A stretch of 64,000 nt of DNA, from positions 1 through 64,000 of the forward strand of contig CAVXZB010000088.1 of the NCBI GenBank assembly GCA_963765895.1, written 5' to 3'. The DNA is from an uncultured Nitrososphaeraceae archaeon. GTDB lineage: Archaea; Thermoproteota; Nitrososphaeria; Nitrososphaerales; Nitrososphaeraceae. Position 1 is the first letter of the stretch. Every line of letters starts with the position of its first letter. The notes below the pieces were generated by a model, which was not told the origin of the DNA, ran no database searches, and was given only the letters and a program-made list of their open reading frames with translations. Both the position numbers and the translations under genes were made by a program. Below are positions 45,993-57,937 of the stretch, in pieces.

Positions 45993-46319
45993 TTATTTTT
46001 TATTCTTGGTTTCCTTGTTAGTTGTACCCCAAACCGTAGTAATGGTGTTTTCCAACGGAATCGGAGTGATGTTATCTACTGGCTGCAGGGATAATAGCGA
46101 TTTATTAGTCTCTTCTAATTGCTTCCTAGTTCTAAGCTTATCCTTATACTTCAAATTTCGTGGCTTTGTTCTCAGTCTATAGCCACAGCAAGGACACCAC
46201 AATCCAACCCAGTTGATGAATATTTCACAAATTTGGCATCGCCTCTGTCCTAAAGCGTAGCGGCCAGAGCCAACTGGTTTTTGTGCCTTGTGACGTATAC
46301 ATATGCCTTTACAAGTCAT
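45993..46319 (-). CDS. Cys-rich putative zinc-binding protein
   Basis: CKGIC, RCQICEIF, CPCCGYRLRTKPR. Confidence 0.8.
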   Translation of the reverse strand: MTCKGICIRHKAQKPVGSGRYALGQRRCQICEIFINWVGLWCPCCGYRLRTKPRNLKYKDKLRTRKQLEETNKSLLSLQPVDNITPIPLENTITTVWGTTNKETKNKK

Positions 46320-46647
46320 TTTACAACATTATTACACCATACTTAATTTTATACTTTTAGTAAATATATTAGAAAATTTCTAATCGAATGCTTATCAGAA
46401 ATTTTCTTAATTTATGCCATCTTTCCGAATTTTTGGATACTGTTTCATATAGTAGTTCTTACCACATGATTTTATCCAAAAACGGCAATATTATTGATTT
46501 GTCCAATACTGAAGCAGGGAATGCTCTGAATACTCTATACAATTTTTTATATCAATCCTCGGTTACATCCTCTGGCCTTCTCATGTTTAATTCCAAGCAA
46601 TCTTATAATAAGATCTAATTACGCCGGTCAATTTGCCTACATTCTCG

Positions 46648-47727
46648 TTATGTTTTTGCTACCTTGAGCATGTTCGTCAACCTAATTTCCATACCGTATC
46701 GTTCCTCCTCGTTTTTCATGTGTTTATATATTTTAATAAGTTCAGGCCAGTGCTTTAATATATTAAATTTTCCTAGAATTTTTAATTGTATAAATCTATA
46801 GACAGATGTATAAATACGAAATTTTTTTATAACAGCATTTCTGTAGCCCTGTAAATCGTTAATGTGTCTGAAAAGTAGCTCTGCACACCAAGTAGCAGGA
46901 ATGATCCCCTCGCCTAAAAGTGCATAGACAGTGCCTATAGATTCACCTACACCAACGGATTTCTTACCGTCCGTAAAAGGTTCACAATACGCAGGAGGAC
47001 TAATTCTTACGGGCCTTCCAACCTTTTTCAGAACCTCGCATTTGTACTTGCTTAAAAAAAATTCAACAAACTGGTTGCTCTGTTTCCGTTCAAAATCTCC
47101 TGCGCCTATATGGGCGTATCCATTACCTAAAGGAAAGAACCAGAAATAACCATTCATGGAAGGGAATGCTTTTAAATAAAAATCATCATATGGTGTCTTG
47201 CCTGATTCATATTTTACTTTATACTGAATACATGGGATCCACATTTCGTCTTTTAGCTTCGGTAGATAGTTCCGATGAAATCCTGTAGAATCAATAATTA
47301 GATCGAAGTCAGACTCCAAATTCTCTTTCTTAGGTACTTTACCGAATTCGATTTTCGTACCTTTAATCATATCTTGAATTAACTTTAGTTTGTCGTAAAC
47401 TACCATTCCTTTAAGTTGAATATCAATTGATTTATTATAGCCAAGGTCTCGTCTATTATCGAAATCTACATGCATATGTTTTCCTTTATGCATTACATAT
47501 GTTTCGAAATTCAACCCACATTCCTTGGTCATAGTAGACATTACGTTTTGACATGTTGCCCAGGCACATACTGCGTCATGTTGGTTTTCCGGCAGCCTCT
47601 CGAAACCTGCAACATAATTCCCAGACACATTGCTCAGCCTATTCATAAGGTATGCGCCGGCAACCCCTATGCCAACAACGGCAATCTTCATTCGAGTCGT
47701 ATTAAGATAAACTCCAAATAAAAACAT
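46648..47727 (-). CDS. Geranylgeranyl-reductase-like FAD oxidoreductase
   Basis: IAVVGIGVAG, GYFWFFPLG, GESIG.V..LLGEGI. Confidence 0.85.
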   Translation of the reverse strand: MFLFGVYLNTTRMKIAVVGIGVAGAYLMNRLSNVSGNYVAGFERLPENQHDAVCAWATCQNVMSTMTKECGLNFETYVMHKGKHMHVDFDNRRDLGYNKSIDIQLKGMVVYDKLKLIQDMIKGTKIEFGKVPKKENLESDFDLIIDSTGFHRNYLPKLKDEMWIPCIQYKVKYESGKTPYDDFYLKAFPSMNGYFWFFPLGNGYAHIGAGDFERKQSNQFVEFFLSKYKCEVLKKVGRPVRISPPAYCEPFTDGKKSVGVGESIGTVYALLGEGIIPATWCAELLFRHINDLQGYRNAVIKKFRIYTSVYRFIQLKILGKFNILKHWPELIKIYKHMKNEEERYGMEIRLTNMLKVAKT

Positions 47728-47919
47728 TGCAAACTTAAAAGATCAAATAAAAAAGGGATAATCACTCAGATCGCAACAGTAAAAGTAGAAACATGCTATG
47801 CCCTTCAAGTAAATAACATACATACATAATGATAATTACCAATTTTTAATTCCCCTAAAAGTGTCGCACACGATCGGTTTGTACTTATAACCATCCTGCC
47901 TATACTATATCGACAGGAA

Positions 47920-48132
47920 TTGTCATCGTCGAACACTAATAAGAAAGTAAAACGGATGCCGGGATCTGCCCGTATGGGCTTGACGCTGCTGTTAATAGGA
48001 GCAATTTTAGTTGGAGTAGGAACATACGTTAATAGAGGGGCAATCTCCCTTTATGGTCTGACCCTTGTTATCATAGGATTCTCTACATATATGATCTCGT
48101 CGATAATAGTGTCTAAAAGAAAAAGGAATTAA
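47920..48132 (+). CDS. Small two-TM membrane protein
   Basis: Two hydrophobic helices flanked by basic residues. Confidence 0.65.
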   Translation: MSSSNTNKKVKRMPGSARMGLTLLLIGAILVGVGTYVNRGAISLYGLTLVIIGFSTYMISSIIVSKRKRN

Positions 48133-48147
48133 TTAAGCTCGCAATAT

Positions 48148-51132
48148 CTATTCTTGGATATAAATAGCTGGTTTAAAAGGCCTGGCAAATTTGGCTTTTG
48201 ACTTGGGATCATGTTTGTGTAAATTGATATCGTCTTCCGAATATATTTGGATCTCAGTTTGTGCATTTCCAATTTCAGAACATATCAGAGTTTCAGCATC
48301 CTTAATTATTGGGATTTCATCATAACTCATGAGACTGACTCGCCTATCTCTGACCTCCATAGTATCGGATAAGATGTCATCTATAATCTTCTTTATGAGG
48401 TTAGGATCGGTCTTAGCTTTCATGGTAGAAGGATCGTTGACCAACTGTCTCATTATATCTCCGAAATTGGTCTTGTGTTCAAGAACTATGTTTTTTATAA
48501 TTTTTTGATAGATCGAAGTTTTCCATTGTGCAGCTACATAAATAATAATGTTCGACGGTTTTATTTTCGTAACTTTGATAATGGTTTGAATATCAGAAAT
48601 AAGATTTATGACTAGATGTTCTGCCTCTTCTGCAACTTGATCTAACTTGCTAGCGTCTACTACTGGCCATCCTCCAAAAATAATTGAGGTCGAATTACCA
48701 ATCTTTTCCCAAACATCCTCCGAAATGAATGGAGCAAATGGGGAAAGCATCCTAATCCGAGCATTCAAGAAACTGAGTACACAGGGTGAAGTTGAAGTGT
48801 TCTGTCTTCTTTTGGCATAGGCTCTCTTTTTATGCCATTGTAGGTCCTGATCCAGCGAATAAAGTAAAATGTGCAAGGCTTCCCTCATCCTTAACTTATT
48901 TAAACAAACGGTTATCTCCGCAATGGCTTTTTGTAATCTACTATCTAGCCATCTGTCCTCTAACTCGTTTGATTTTTCATTCTTCATCTGTATTACCATT
49001 TTTGAGGTCAAGGATTCAATTGTCATATGGTACACATCGATCAATTTGGACTTGATCCCTTCAAGCGCATCGAAATTAAAATCAGCATCCTGCAGGAGTT
49101 CTGCTGAGATAAGCATCGCAATACGTATGGCGTCGGCACCGTGCTCCTTAATGGCTGCGCGTAATGGCACAATATTACCTAGCGATTTTGACATTTTCTT
49201 ACCCTGCATTAACACCGACCCATTGACTACAATCTGAACAGGCCACTTTGCACGTTCAAAAATTGCAATATGATTAAAGATAAAAAATGAAAGATGATTA
49301 GCAACTAGATCTCTTCCCGAATGTCTTGTATCTACTGGATAGAAGTAACAAAATTCAGCTCTTAGAGCTTCCACCAAATTTGTAGACATGTTGCAGTCCC
49401 CAGCTACAATGTCGCTCTTTCCTTTCCCAAGTAATATATAATCAAAAAAAGAATCGTTAACCTGATTAGGATCAAGCTTTTGCGTATTACTAAGGTTTGA
49501 ATTATATTTTGCAATTATGTAATATGCCATATAGATTACCGAATCAGAAAGACTTTCAATAATCCAACTAGTATCCCATGGCAATTTGGTTCCGAGACCT
49601 GACTTTCTAGCGCAGGCCCTTTCCCTCAACCAGTCAATCACATGGTTGAATTCTTGCCTTATATCCTCAGGAACTATATCCATCTTATTGACGCATTCAT
49701 GAGCTAGGGTTTTCCATTTTTGATCTCCGTAATTTATAAACCATTGATCACTCAAAATCTTCACGATACATTCAGCACCACATCTACACTTAACAGGTCG
49801 ACTTGTCAGCTCAATCATTGTATCTGCAATACCTTTCGTGACTAATTCGTTCTTTATCATATCTTTCGCTTCTGCTACTGGCATTCCTACGTACTTGCCA
49901 GTATTTGATCTCATTTTCCCTTTGTAAAACTCTTGCAAATACAATTCGTTGGTTGCCTCTTCTAGCTTTTTGTCTGACTGGTTCACTATTTGATATTTCC
50001 TTATAAGTTCTAGTGCGGGGAATAGTTCAATATCTTGGGACTCACCGGAGCTAATAATAGATATCGGATTTACTATCTTACCAAGGTTAAAGTTATTCAG
50101 AATTGAATTATTGGTTTTCAAATCAGCCAACGCTTGATAATCATAGGGAGCATGGCCAGGAACTGACATTACTGTCCCTGTTCCATTGTCAGATTTTACG
50201 AATGATGCAGGATAAATTGGTATTAGCTTATTCGTAATAGGGTTCTTGACATATTTGCCAACTAATTCCTTGCCGCTTAATGTAGTATGTATCGAGATCT
50301 TGCGATTTAGATATTCAAGTTTCCTTACGGCCTCAGTGCTAACAATCCATTTTTCGCCTATATCGTCAAGTGATATTAGGAAGTATTTTATTTCCGGATT
50401 GAGCCAAAGATTTGTGACACCATATATGGTCTCAGGTCTTAAAGTTGCAGCCGGAAGAAAATAATAATTACCATCAAATTCTAGTGGGAATTTTATTAAT
50501 ATATACTCATTAAACTCAGGCTCTACATCGCCTATAGTATCATGTTGACTAACTGGATTCTGATCGTTAGGACACCATCCAACTGGATGTGACCCTTGCA
50601 CAATTAGTCCCTTGCTCTTCAATAATCTAAATTGCCAAGATATAAACTTTGAATAAAGCTCATCAACTGTAGTAAACTCACATCTCCAATCAATAGAGTA
50701 GCCCATTTCCTCCATTCCCTGTTTGATTTCAGCATGAAAATATCTTGCGATATCGACTGGGTTAACGAAACTTTGTATTACATCGTCTGAAATATTGTAG
50801 ACCTTGCGAAAAGTATCTATCAACTCTTTGTCTTGTGAAGCAACTCTCCTAGACATTGCAAGTATCGGTGTCCCAGTATAATGGAAGCCCATAGGAAATA
50901 AAACGTTGTACCCCTTCATTCTCATGTACCGGGCGTGAGCATCTGCAAGAGTATATGTTCTTCCATGTCCAATGTGTTGTGGAGAATTTGGGTATGGATA
51001 AGCAACAGTAACAAAGTATTTTTTTCTTGTCGGGTCAATGTTGGCCTGAAATATTTTTTCAATTTTCCACTTATCAGTCCACTTCTTTTCTAGAATATTC
51101 CAATCCAAATGGGTGGCCCTACGATTATTCAT
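48148..51132 (-). CDS. leuS: Leucine--tRNA ligase
   Basis: AYPYPNSPQHIGH, ATLRPET editing domain, KMSKS, KPAIY. Confidence 0.97.
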   Translation of the reverse strand: MNNRRATHLDWNILEKKWTDKWKIEKIFQANIDPTRKKYFVTVAYPYPNSPQHIGHGRTYTLADAHARYMRMKGYNVLFPMGFHYTGTPILAMSRRVASQDKELIDTFRKVYNISDDVIQSFVNPVDIARYFHAEIKQGMEEMGYSIDWRCEFTTVDELYSKFISWQFRLLKSKGLIVQGSHPVGWCPNDQNPVSQHDTIGDVEPEFNEYILIKFPLEFDGNYYFLPAATLRPETIYGVTNLWLNPEIKYFLISLDDIGEKWIVSTEAVRKLEYLNRKISIHTTLSGKELVGKYVKNPITNKLIPIYPASFVKSDNGTGTVMSVPGHAPYDYQALADLKTNNSILNNFNLGKIVNPISIISSGESQDIELFPALELIRKYQIVNQSDKKLEEATNELYLQEFYKGKMRSNTGKYVGMPVAEAKDMIKNELVTKGIADTMIELTSRPVKCRCGAECIVKILSDQWFINYGDQKWKTLAHECVNKMDIVPEDIRQEFNHVIDWLRERACARKSGLGTKLPWDTSWIIESLSDSVIYMAYYIIAKYNSNLSNTQKLDPNQVNDSFFDYILLGKGKSDIVAGDCNMSTNLVEALRAEFCYFYPVDTRHSGRDLVANHLSFFIFNHIAIFERAKWPVQIVVNGSVLMQGKKMSKSLGNIVPLRAAIKEHGADAIRIAMLISAELLQDADFNFDALEGIKSKLIDVYHMTIESLTSKMVIQMKNEKSNELEDRWLDSRLQKAIAEITVCLNKLRMREALHILLYSLDQDLQWHKKRAYAKRRQNTSTSPCVLSFLNARIRMLSPFAPFISEDVWEKIGNSTSIIFGGWPVVDASKLDQVAEEAEHLVINLISDIQTIIKVTKIKPSNIIIYVAAQWKTSIYQKIIKNIVLEHKTNFGDIMRQLVNDPSTMKAKTDPNLIKKIIDDILSDTMEVRDRRVSLMSYDEIPIIKDAETLICSEIGNAQTEIQIYSEDDINLHKHDPKSKAKFARPFKPAIYIQE

Positions 51133-51150
51133 CCCAATTACCCTTTGCTT

Positions 51151-53900
51151 TCAGTACCGACTAAACTCCTTGATCACTAATTCTTCGACTGATTTAAGAG
51201 AATCACCTATCTTGTCCTTAAATCTACCGCCCCCCTGACCAAATCTTTCGTTACCTCTTCCTGAGCCGCCAAGTTCTATCGAAAGCTGTTTGGCAATAAT
51301 ACCTGCGTGAATCTTCTTCCTCACATACTCTCCTGCAAAGACTATTACGCGTAATCCTTGATCTCTTGAAATTAAAGCTACATAGATCAGGTAGGGATCT
51401 AATTCAATTGACTTTTCCCCAACCGCGATATGATAATCTTCATCAAGTTCTTCGTCATATATGCTATAAACTTTGATATTTCCTTTAGGCAGAAGCCTTG
51501 CTGTATTCGAAATAAATGCCGCAACATGCGGCGAAATTTTTCGAAGTATAGTCTTGATCCTTTTCTTGGTAGTTTCTGTTTCATAAATCATTTTTTGAAG
51601 TGATTCAACTACCTTCTCCTTACTGGAACCTAAAGATTGAGATATAGAAGCAAGCTGACTTTCTTGTTTCTGTATATAGTTTAGGGCAGCCTCCCCAGGC
51701 AGCAAATTCCAATCTAATAATTCCATCTTGTATCCTTTCAGATTTTATAATCTTAATGATACCTATGTCTCCTGTATTCCTTACGTGTGTTCCCCCACAA
51801 GCCTCAATATCCCAATTGTTAATATTTACAATCCTAACAGAATTAGAAGGCACAACTCCGCCTTGATAAATTCTAAACGTATAGTACTGTTCTGCGTTAC
51901 CTCGACTGTATGTATTAATGACAACTGGCAAGTTTTGTCGAACCATATAGTTCGCTTTTCTTTCTATTTCCCATATTTCTTCTTTGTTCAAGGCAGAATG
52001 ATGCGTAATATCAAGCCTACCATAGCCTTCCTCTTTAAATGCAGAATTTTGCCAAACCCATGATCCAAGAGGTACTTCTGGCGGAGGAATTCAGAATATG
52101 AGTCGCTGTATGATGTTTAGTAATAGATTCCCGTCTTCTGTCATTAACTATTCCATCAATGGTTTGTCCCTCGACAAAATCGGATCTATTTTGTAATTTG
52201 TGAATGATGACATCACCTTGTTTTATCGTTTCAATCACATTTATTCCGCCCAGCATGCCAGTATCTGGTTCCTGTCCTCCACCTCGAGGATAAAATGCGG
52301 TTTGATCCAATATAACGTCCCTGTCATCGATAATTTTAGTAATTTTTGCGCGAAACTCACGCATTGACATATCTTCATAATAAAGGGCCCTAGTAGGAAC
52401 AATTCCTGATAAACTGTAAGTTTTCTTATGTGTCTGGGCTATATTCTGTTCCGTATGCAGATCTGCAAGCCGAGTGTAAAATGTGGATGGAATCTTGTCA
52501 ATAGCCCCAACTCTTTCGAGAAAATCAGGTGTGATGCCATCTGACTCGTACATCCTAATCAGATCGTCTACTGACAACTGCTTATTTACATTCTTGATAG
52601 AAGTAGCAATAGCCTGCATCCTCTCGTTAGATCCCACATATCTATCAGATTCGATTTGCAAAATTGTTCTTACGTCATCTTTATGTTCCTCAAGCTCAGG
52701 ATACATCTGTTTTAAATAATCAATATGTAAATCTATAACATCTTCAAGCTTAATATTCCATCCCATTTTCTCCAATATTGAAATTGCTCTTCTTAGAATT
52801 ACTCGTAAATTATACCCGCCACCAACATTTGATGGTAGAGCTCCATCCGCTATTGCAAACAGCAAGGTACGTGTATGGTCTGCAATCGTGTATATTGCCT
52901 CAAATGGAGAAATGATTCTAGAAAGTTCATCTCTCGAAATACTGAAAGATTTCGCGATAAATGTCTTCAATGTATTAACATCATTAATTTGCTCACCAAG
53001 TCTACCGGACATAGCAGTAAAATATCTTGACAGCATTTCTGGATCTTTGCTAATACCTAATCTATTGACCAATCCTTGTACGACCGGCCCAAATGCACAA
53101 TCATAACTCGTAGGTGTTCCCATAGTTATCCACGAAAGACGTTCGAGGCCTGCTCCCATATCGATTATTTTGTTATCCATCACATGATAGCTATTCTCAT
53201 TGCCTTCGAATTCTGTAAAAACAGCATTGCCAAGTTCGAGACCATTTACATAATATTCTAGTGAATACCCAAACGCACCAGCACCTAGCCATACATCTTC
53301 TACAAAAACGATCTCATGAGAAAGAATTCCGAGTCTATTAGTTAACATTTCGTAATCTAATTCGATACATCGATCCTTCCAATATCCGCCATCGGCATCC
53401 GCATTACATGTCTGTCCGATCATACAAAAGCCGGTATAGTGCCTACCGGTGAGACCCACGTTTTCGATGTCGTTGAACCGTAAACTCATTTGAGGTACTA
53501 GGAGTGGATTAGCTGGCAGTTCGAAAACAACCTTATTCTCCATGATTCTTTGAAAGTCGACGATAGACGCAATCGTGAAATACAAATCATCGCGCCATCT
53601 GCATACTACAGGATATCTCCTAATTATCGAATGATTATTAGACTTGAAAAAGAATTCAATTTCTTTCCAAGTATTAACATAATCGAGTCTCCTAGTTGTA
53701 GGAGGCTTACCTATGAAACTGTAGTATTCATGATCCGGGCAAAATTCACGCTCTATTAATGACCAGAAAAATTTAGTACACTTGCTGCATTTCTGGCGCT
53801 TGAATCCCTTTTTCTCAAATAGATTAACCTTGTAATATCTTTCGTAATCAGAACCAAACAAAGTGGCAAGTTCCTTTTTTCCCAATACTTGGCATCCCAA
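51151..53900 (-). CDS. alaS: Alanine--tRNA ligase, split by two +1 indels (near 52071 and 51697)
   Basis: RWRDDLYFTIASI, DMGAGLER, IADHTR, HHTATH, EACGGTH, DHHA1 tail; frames join to LGSWVWQNSAFK and EFAAGEAA. Confidence 0.95.
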
Positions 53901-54005
53901 TCAGAGACAATATTAATGCTTTTACCAATTAATGAGGCTCCAGAATAGATTCCATACGATCATGCTTTGAGCCTCAAATGTACTTTTTTTTATATATCAT
54001 TATTA

Positions 54006-54992
54006 AGAACCCATCCTAAAAATAGATAGAGTATAGCTTGTGAGGGTTTTGCTCATAAGTGACGCTTATGATAAAGTCAAGTATCTTCCAACTGTCAAAA
54101 GAATCTCTGATGTGTTATGGAATGGGGGTAGGTTGTTGTTACTTCCATCAGAAATACCGAATAATTCCATAGGACGTCCAGCAGCAGTAGTATCATTTAG
54201 GAAGGTATTCGATGGCATTGTGTATGTTTTTTGGAATGTCTTAAGAACTGGATGTTAATGCCAATGGAAAATAGATGTTGCCAAAGGAGTATGGTTCAGG
54301 TTCGACATGTCATAGAAGATTTCAGCAATGGTCAATATAAGATATTTGAGAGATTATGGACTAGATATGCTAAAAAAAGTGTATGATGCTAAAGTAGGAG
54401 TTCAATGGAAATGACAATCACTTGATAGTAGTAGTATGTCGGTAAAGGCATCTCTAGGCAGAAATGACTGATTGGACCTAATCCTACAGACAGAGGTAAG
54501 ATAGTTAGGAACAAAACATCATCCTGTATTAATAACCGATGGACAAGGTATTTCCATTATCTGTTTTGTTTGTTGTTGTTATAACTGCGATTAATACGCA
54601 TGATGATATGAACGGCTGCTATAAACACGCTGGATAATAATACCGTAGTTAAAAGTTCGTCTAGGACATATAAATAAAAACAATATCCGAATCTTTATCT
54701 ATCTTGATAAAGGATACGACTTTCAAACGATCGTAGTATACGAACCAATAAAGGATATCCACCACATATTTGACATAGAGGAGAACAATCAGTTACGAAG
54801 ATTAATGGTGGTAATAATCATTGCCATCCTGCTAGAAGAAGATTGGTTGTAGAAAGGAACCAACTCTTGGCATAACAGGTTCAGAAAACTTTTGGTTAGG
54901 TATGAGAAGAAGTTAGAAAGCCATTTTGCGTTGGTAGGCGTATGTTTAGGCTCTATTATTATCTATAGGAGAATAATTTCTGGATAGGCTCT
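54006..54992 (+). mobile_element. Decayed IS5-family insertion sequence
   Basis: Broken transposase fragments LRTGC, YGSGSTCHRRFQQW, GPNPTDRGK, LDKGYD, VVERTNSWHNRFRKLLVRYEKK; imperfect TIRs AGAACCCATCCTAAAA / TTTCTGGATAGGCTCT with TA on both sides. Confidence 0.88.
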
Positions 54993-55006
54993 TAGTCAGA
55001 TCAAAT

Positions 55007-56497
55007 TCAGATATACTTGGCGCATCTAAATCCTGAGAATGGTAATCTTTCATGTGGTTTAAAATAATTTCTATAGCTATTCCTAATTTGACTAGCCGAG
55101 GTGGCAAATGATCCACCTCGAAGTACTTTCTGATTTATGGACCATTTATCGGTATACTCACTGAATTTTGATCGAAATCCCGGATAAAGTGTGTACTCCG
55201 AAGATGTCCATTCCCATACATCACCTATCATCTGATGGCAGCCATAGTAGCTGATGCCTTCAGGATACGAGCCAACATTTGAGAGAGTCCAAACATAGGA
55301 TTCCAAGAGGTTTGCGTGAACACCTGGATCAGGTCTATTATCACCCCAGGGATACACTGTCTTCTTCTGCAGATCCTCGTTCCAACATGCAGCTTTCTCC
55401 CACTCGGCTTCAGTTGGAAGCCTCTTGCCGGCCCATGTGGCATAGGCATCTGCCTCATAGTAACTCACATTCACTACAGGTTCATTTGGCTCAATCTCAT
55501 GCACGCCACGAAAATCCTTCTTAGTCCACCTGTTATCTATGTTTATATCATGACTTTCATTGTGTTCCCAATACAGAGGAGCCTCCCAGCCATACTCCTG
55601 TACTTGATCCCATCCATCGGCAAGCCAATATTTATAATTATGATATCCGTCATCGTTTATAAATTTGATATAGTCCATGTTAGTAACAGGAAATACGTCA
55701 ATTTTATACTGCTGAAGATATGTTTTATTTTCAGGAAGCTCGTTATCATAACAAAATCCCTTTCCGTGGAAGCCCAATTCAAATATTCCTTCACCTATAG
55801 TTACCATATCTGATGCTCCGCTGACGCTATCTTTAGTCTTGGCATTTTTATTTTCGTGTATAGATCGAGAAAGTGATTTTTGTTGCTTAGATGGCCTGGA
55901 TTTTACGTTCATTGGCTTATAATTATCTTCAGCGTCTCGAAAGCGTTGGAAATAATGTTGAAAATCATAGATCATTAGTTCCTGATGTTGCATTTCATGC
56001 TGATTTCCCAGTTGTATGTTATACTTTAAATCCTCTAGCATCTCTTTTTCAGTGCCTTGGCTTAATTGTTTTTGTTCCTCTTCTCTAAGAAATGAGATAA
56101 TGCTTTCATCTATTGAAGATCTATAATGCAGCGTCTGTTCAACAGTCGGTCTGGGGAACTTGCCGCGCTCGACTTTCGGGAGAATATTTCCAAATCTCTG
56201 ATAATAAGAGTTCAAGTATTCTAGGTTAATTGGGTGATCAGATGTTTGGGTCAGCGATCTACCATACCTTTCCAATATTTTGTGAAAAAACCAGCTAACA
56301 TGGGCTAAATGCCAATTTGGCGGACTGCCAAAAGTATGAGACTGTATAACCGCATCCTCGATTTTTAATGGTTTGAAGATGTCTAAGGTTCTGTTTCTGA
56401 CTATGATGAAATCTCTAACTAGATCATTTAAGCTAATATTCTCCATCGCATGGGTGGACTCATAGATAGCTTCATTATTTGATCCAATCTGTTTCAT
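55007..56497 (-). CDS. egtB: Ergothioneine sulfoxide synthase (DinB + FGE-like domains)
   Basis: SPPNWHLAHVSWFF, LNSYY, HEMQHQEL, YDNE, RLPTEAEWEKAA, GDVWEWT, SGFRCA. Confidence 0.9.
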   Translation of the reverse strand: MKQIGSNNEAIYESTHAMENISLNDLVRDFIIVRNRTLDIFKPLKIEDAVIQSHTFGSPPNWHLAHVSWFFHKILERYGRSLTQTSDHPINLEYLNSYYQRFGNILPKVERGKFPRPTVEQTLHYRSSIDESIISFLREEEQKQLSQGTEKEMLEDLKYNIQLGNQHEMQHQELMIYDFQHYFQRFRDAEDNYKPMNVKSRPSKQQKSLSRSIHENKNAKTKDSVSGASDMVTIGEGIFELGFHGKGFCYDNELPENKTYLQQYKIDVFPVTNMDYIKFINDDGYHNYKYWLADGWDQVQEYGWEAPLYWEHNESHDINIDNRWTKKDFRGVHEIEPNEPVVNVSYYEADAYATWAGKRLPTEAEWEKAACWNEDLQKKTVYPWGDNRPDPGVHANLLESYVWTLSNVGSYPEGISYYGCHQMIGDVWEWTSSEYTLYPGFRSKFSEYTDKWSINQKVLRGGSFATSASQIRNSYRNYFKPHERLPFSGFRCAKYI

Positions 56498-56673
56498 TAC
56501 CCCAATAAATGTATTTGAAGTAAATATAATTCATTAGCTGAGAGGGACATATCTATTTAAGAGAATCCGATGAACCGTATGCACCTGCATGATGCACGTT
56601 CTGCTTGCTTTGTATACTATGAAATAATAGTTATTTTATTATAATAGTTTAGATATGATAACTAACTAGAGTT

Positions 56674-57699
56674 TTGATTTTCACCTCATCTCCACAGGTA
56701 CAACTGACAAATGAATTTGCAGCCCATATCGAGGACACTCTAGGAAGACATATTGGTGATAGAGTGAAAAGAACTAATCCGAGATATCTTTATGACAAGT
56801 TAGGGTCACAACTCTTCGAACAAATTTGTATGCAACCAGAATATTACCTGACGAGGGTTGAACTTGAAATATTGAATAACTATTCTGCTGAAATTGCGAA
56901 TTTGTATAAAGATTTTGATAAAATGGCAATGATAGAGCTTGGTAGTGGAAGCTCTACTAAAACTAGGATCCTACTGCAGCAATTTGTGAAAATGCAACAA
57001 ACCAAAAAAATGTATTATTTCCCAGTCGATCTCTCTAGCACGATTTTAGAAGAAACGATCAACAAGCTTCCGAGTGAGTTCCCTAGTATAGATATGTCAG
57101 CAATTCATTCAGATTATATTCAAGGGATCAGGATGGTTGAAGAGGTCATTTCGAATAAAGAAGATAGCAGAATCGGACCCCTTAACAAGCTCATACTTTT
57201 TCTTGGGTCAACCATCGGAAACTTTGAACCAAAAGAAGCATCGGTATTCCTAAAACAGATACGCTCATCAATAGATAATGGGAACAACAATTGCCTCTTA
57301 ATTGGCTTTGATCTCCATAAAGACTCAAAAATTTTGGAGGCCGCATATAATGACAAGAACGGAATTACTGCAAAATTTAATCTGAATATTTTATCTAGAA
57401 TAAATAGAGAGCTAGGAGGAGAATTCGACCTGAATAAATTTAGCCATTCAGCATTTTACGATATTAAGAAGAGAAGGATAGAAATGCATTTGATTTCGAA
57501 AACAGATCAAAATATTAAGATTAATAGCCTTGGAAAAAGAGTCTCACTTAGAAAAGACGAATCAATCCATACTGAAAATTCATACAAGTATTCAATTAGT
57601 CAAATAAGAGAATTGGCCGAGAGTAGTGGTTTTAAAGTGGAAAAAAATTTCCTCGACAAGAGAAGTTGGTTTGATTTAGTTCTTTTATCAGTAAATTAA
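56674..57699 (+). CDS. egtD: L-histidine N-alpha-methyltransferase
   Basis: YLYDKLGSQLFEQI, PEYYLTR, ELGSGSSTKT, FLGSTIGNF, TENSYKY. Confidence 0.93.
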   Translation: MIFTSSPQVQLTNEFAAHIEDTLGRHIGDRVKRTNPRYLYDKLGSQLFEQICMQPEYYLTRVELEILNNYSAEIANLYKDFDKMAMIELGSGSSTKTRILLQQFVKMQQTKKMYYFPVDLSSTILEETINKLPSEFPSIDMSAIHSDYIQGIRMVEEVISNKEDSRIGPLNKLILFLGSTIGNFEPKEASVFLKQIRSSIDNGNNNCLLIGFDLHKDSKILEAAYNDKNGITAKFNLNILSRINRELGGEFDLNKFSHSAFYDIKKRRIEMHLISKTDQNIKINSLGKRVSLRKDESIHTENSYKYSISQIRELAESSGFKVEKNFLDKRSWFDLVLLSVN

Positions 57700-57937
57700 A
57701 TTTGCATACTTTATCATGTTTTATGAGCCGAATAATTGAATGGAGCCATAAGTAGTAAAGAGACTCGCCAGATCCAATTTACTTTTAGGTGTAGTAGACG
57801 AAAAAATATTAATTATTGACCGAGTTGGAGGGACATTCTCACGTTGTCACAATATCAAAGTGTTTTCTTCCACCTTGCATATTTTAGCTCTTCCTTTCAA
57901 TGCATTATCCTTTCAATGCGTCTATGACTTAATTGAT

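Noticed and set aside
51151-53900. Naturally split AlaRS
   Set aside because: The three pieces are contiguous and rejoin by single-base removals with no sequence loss.
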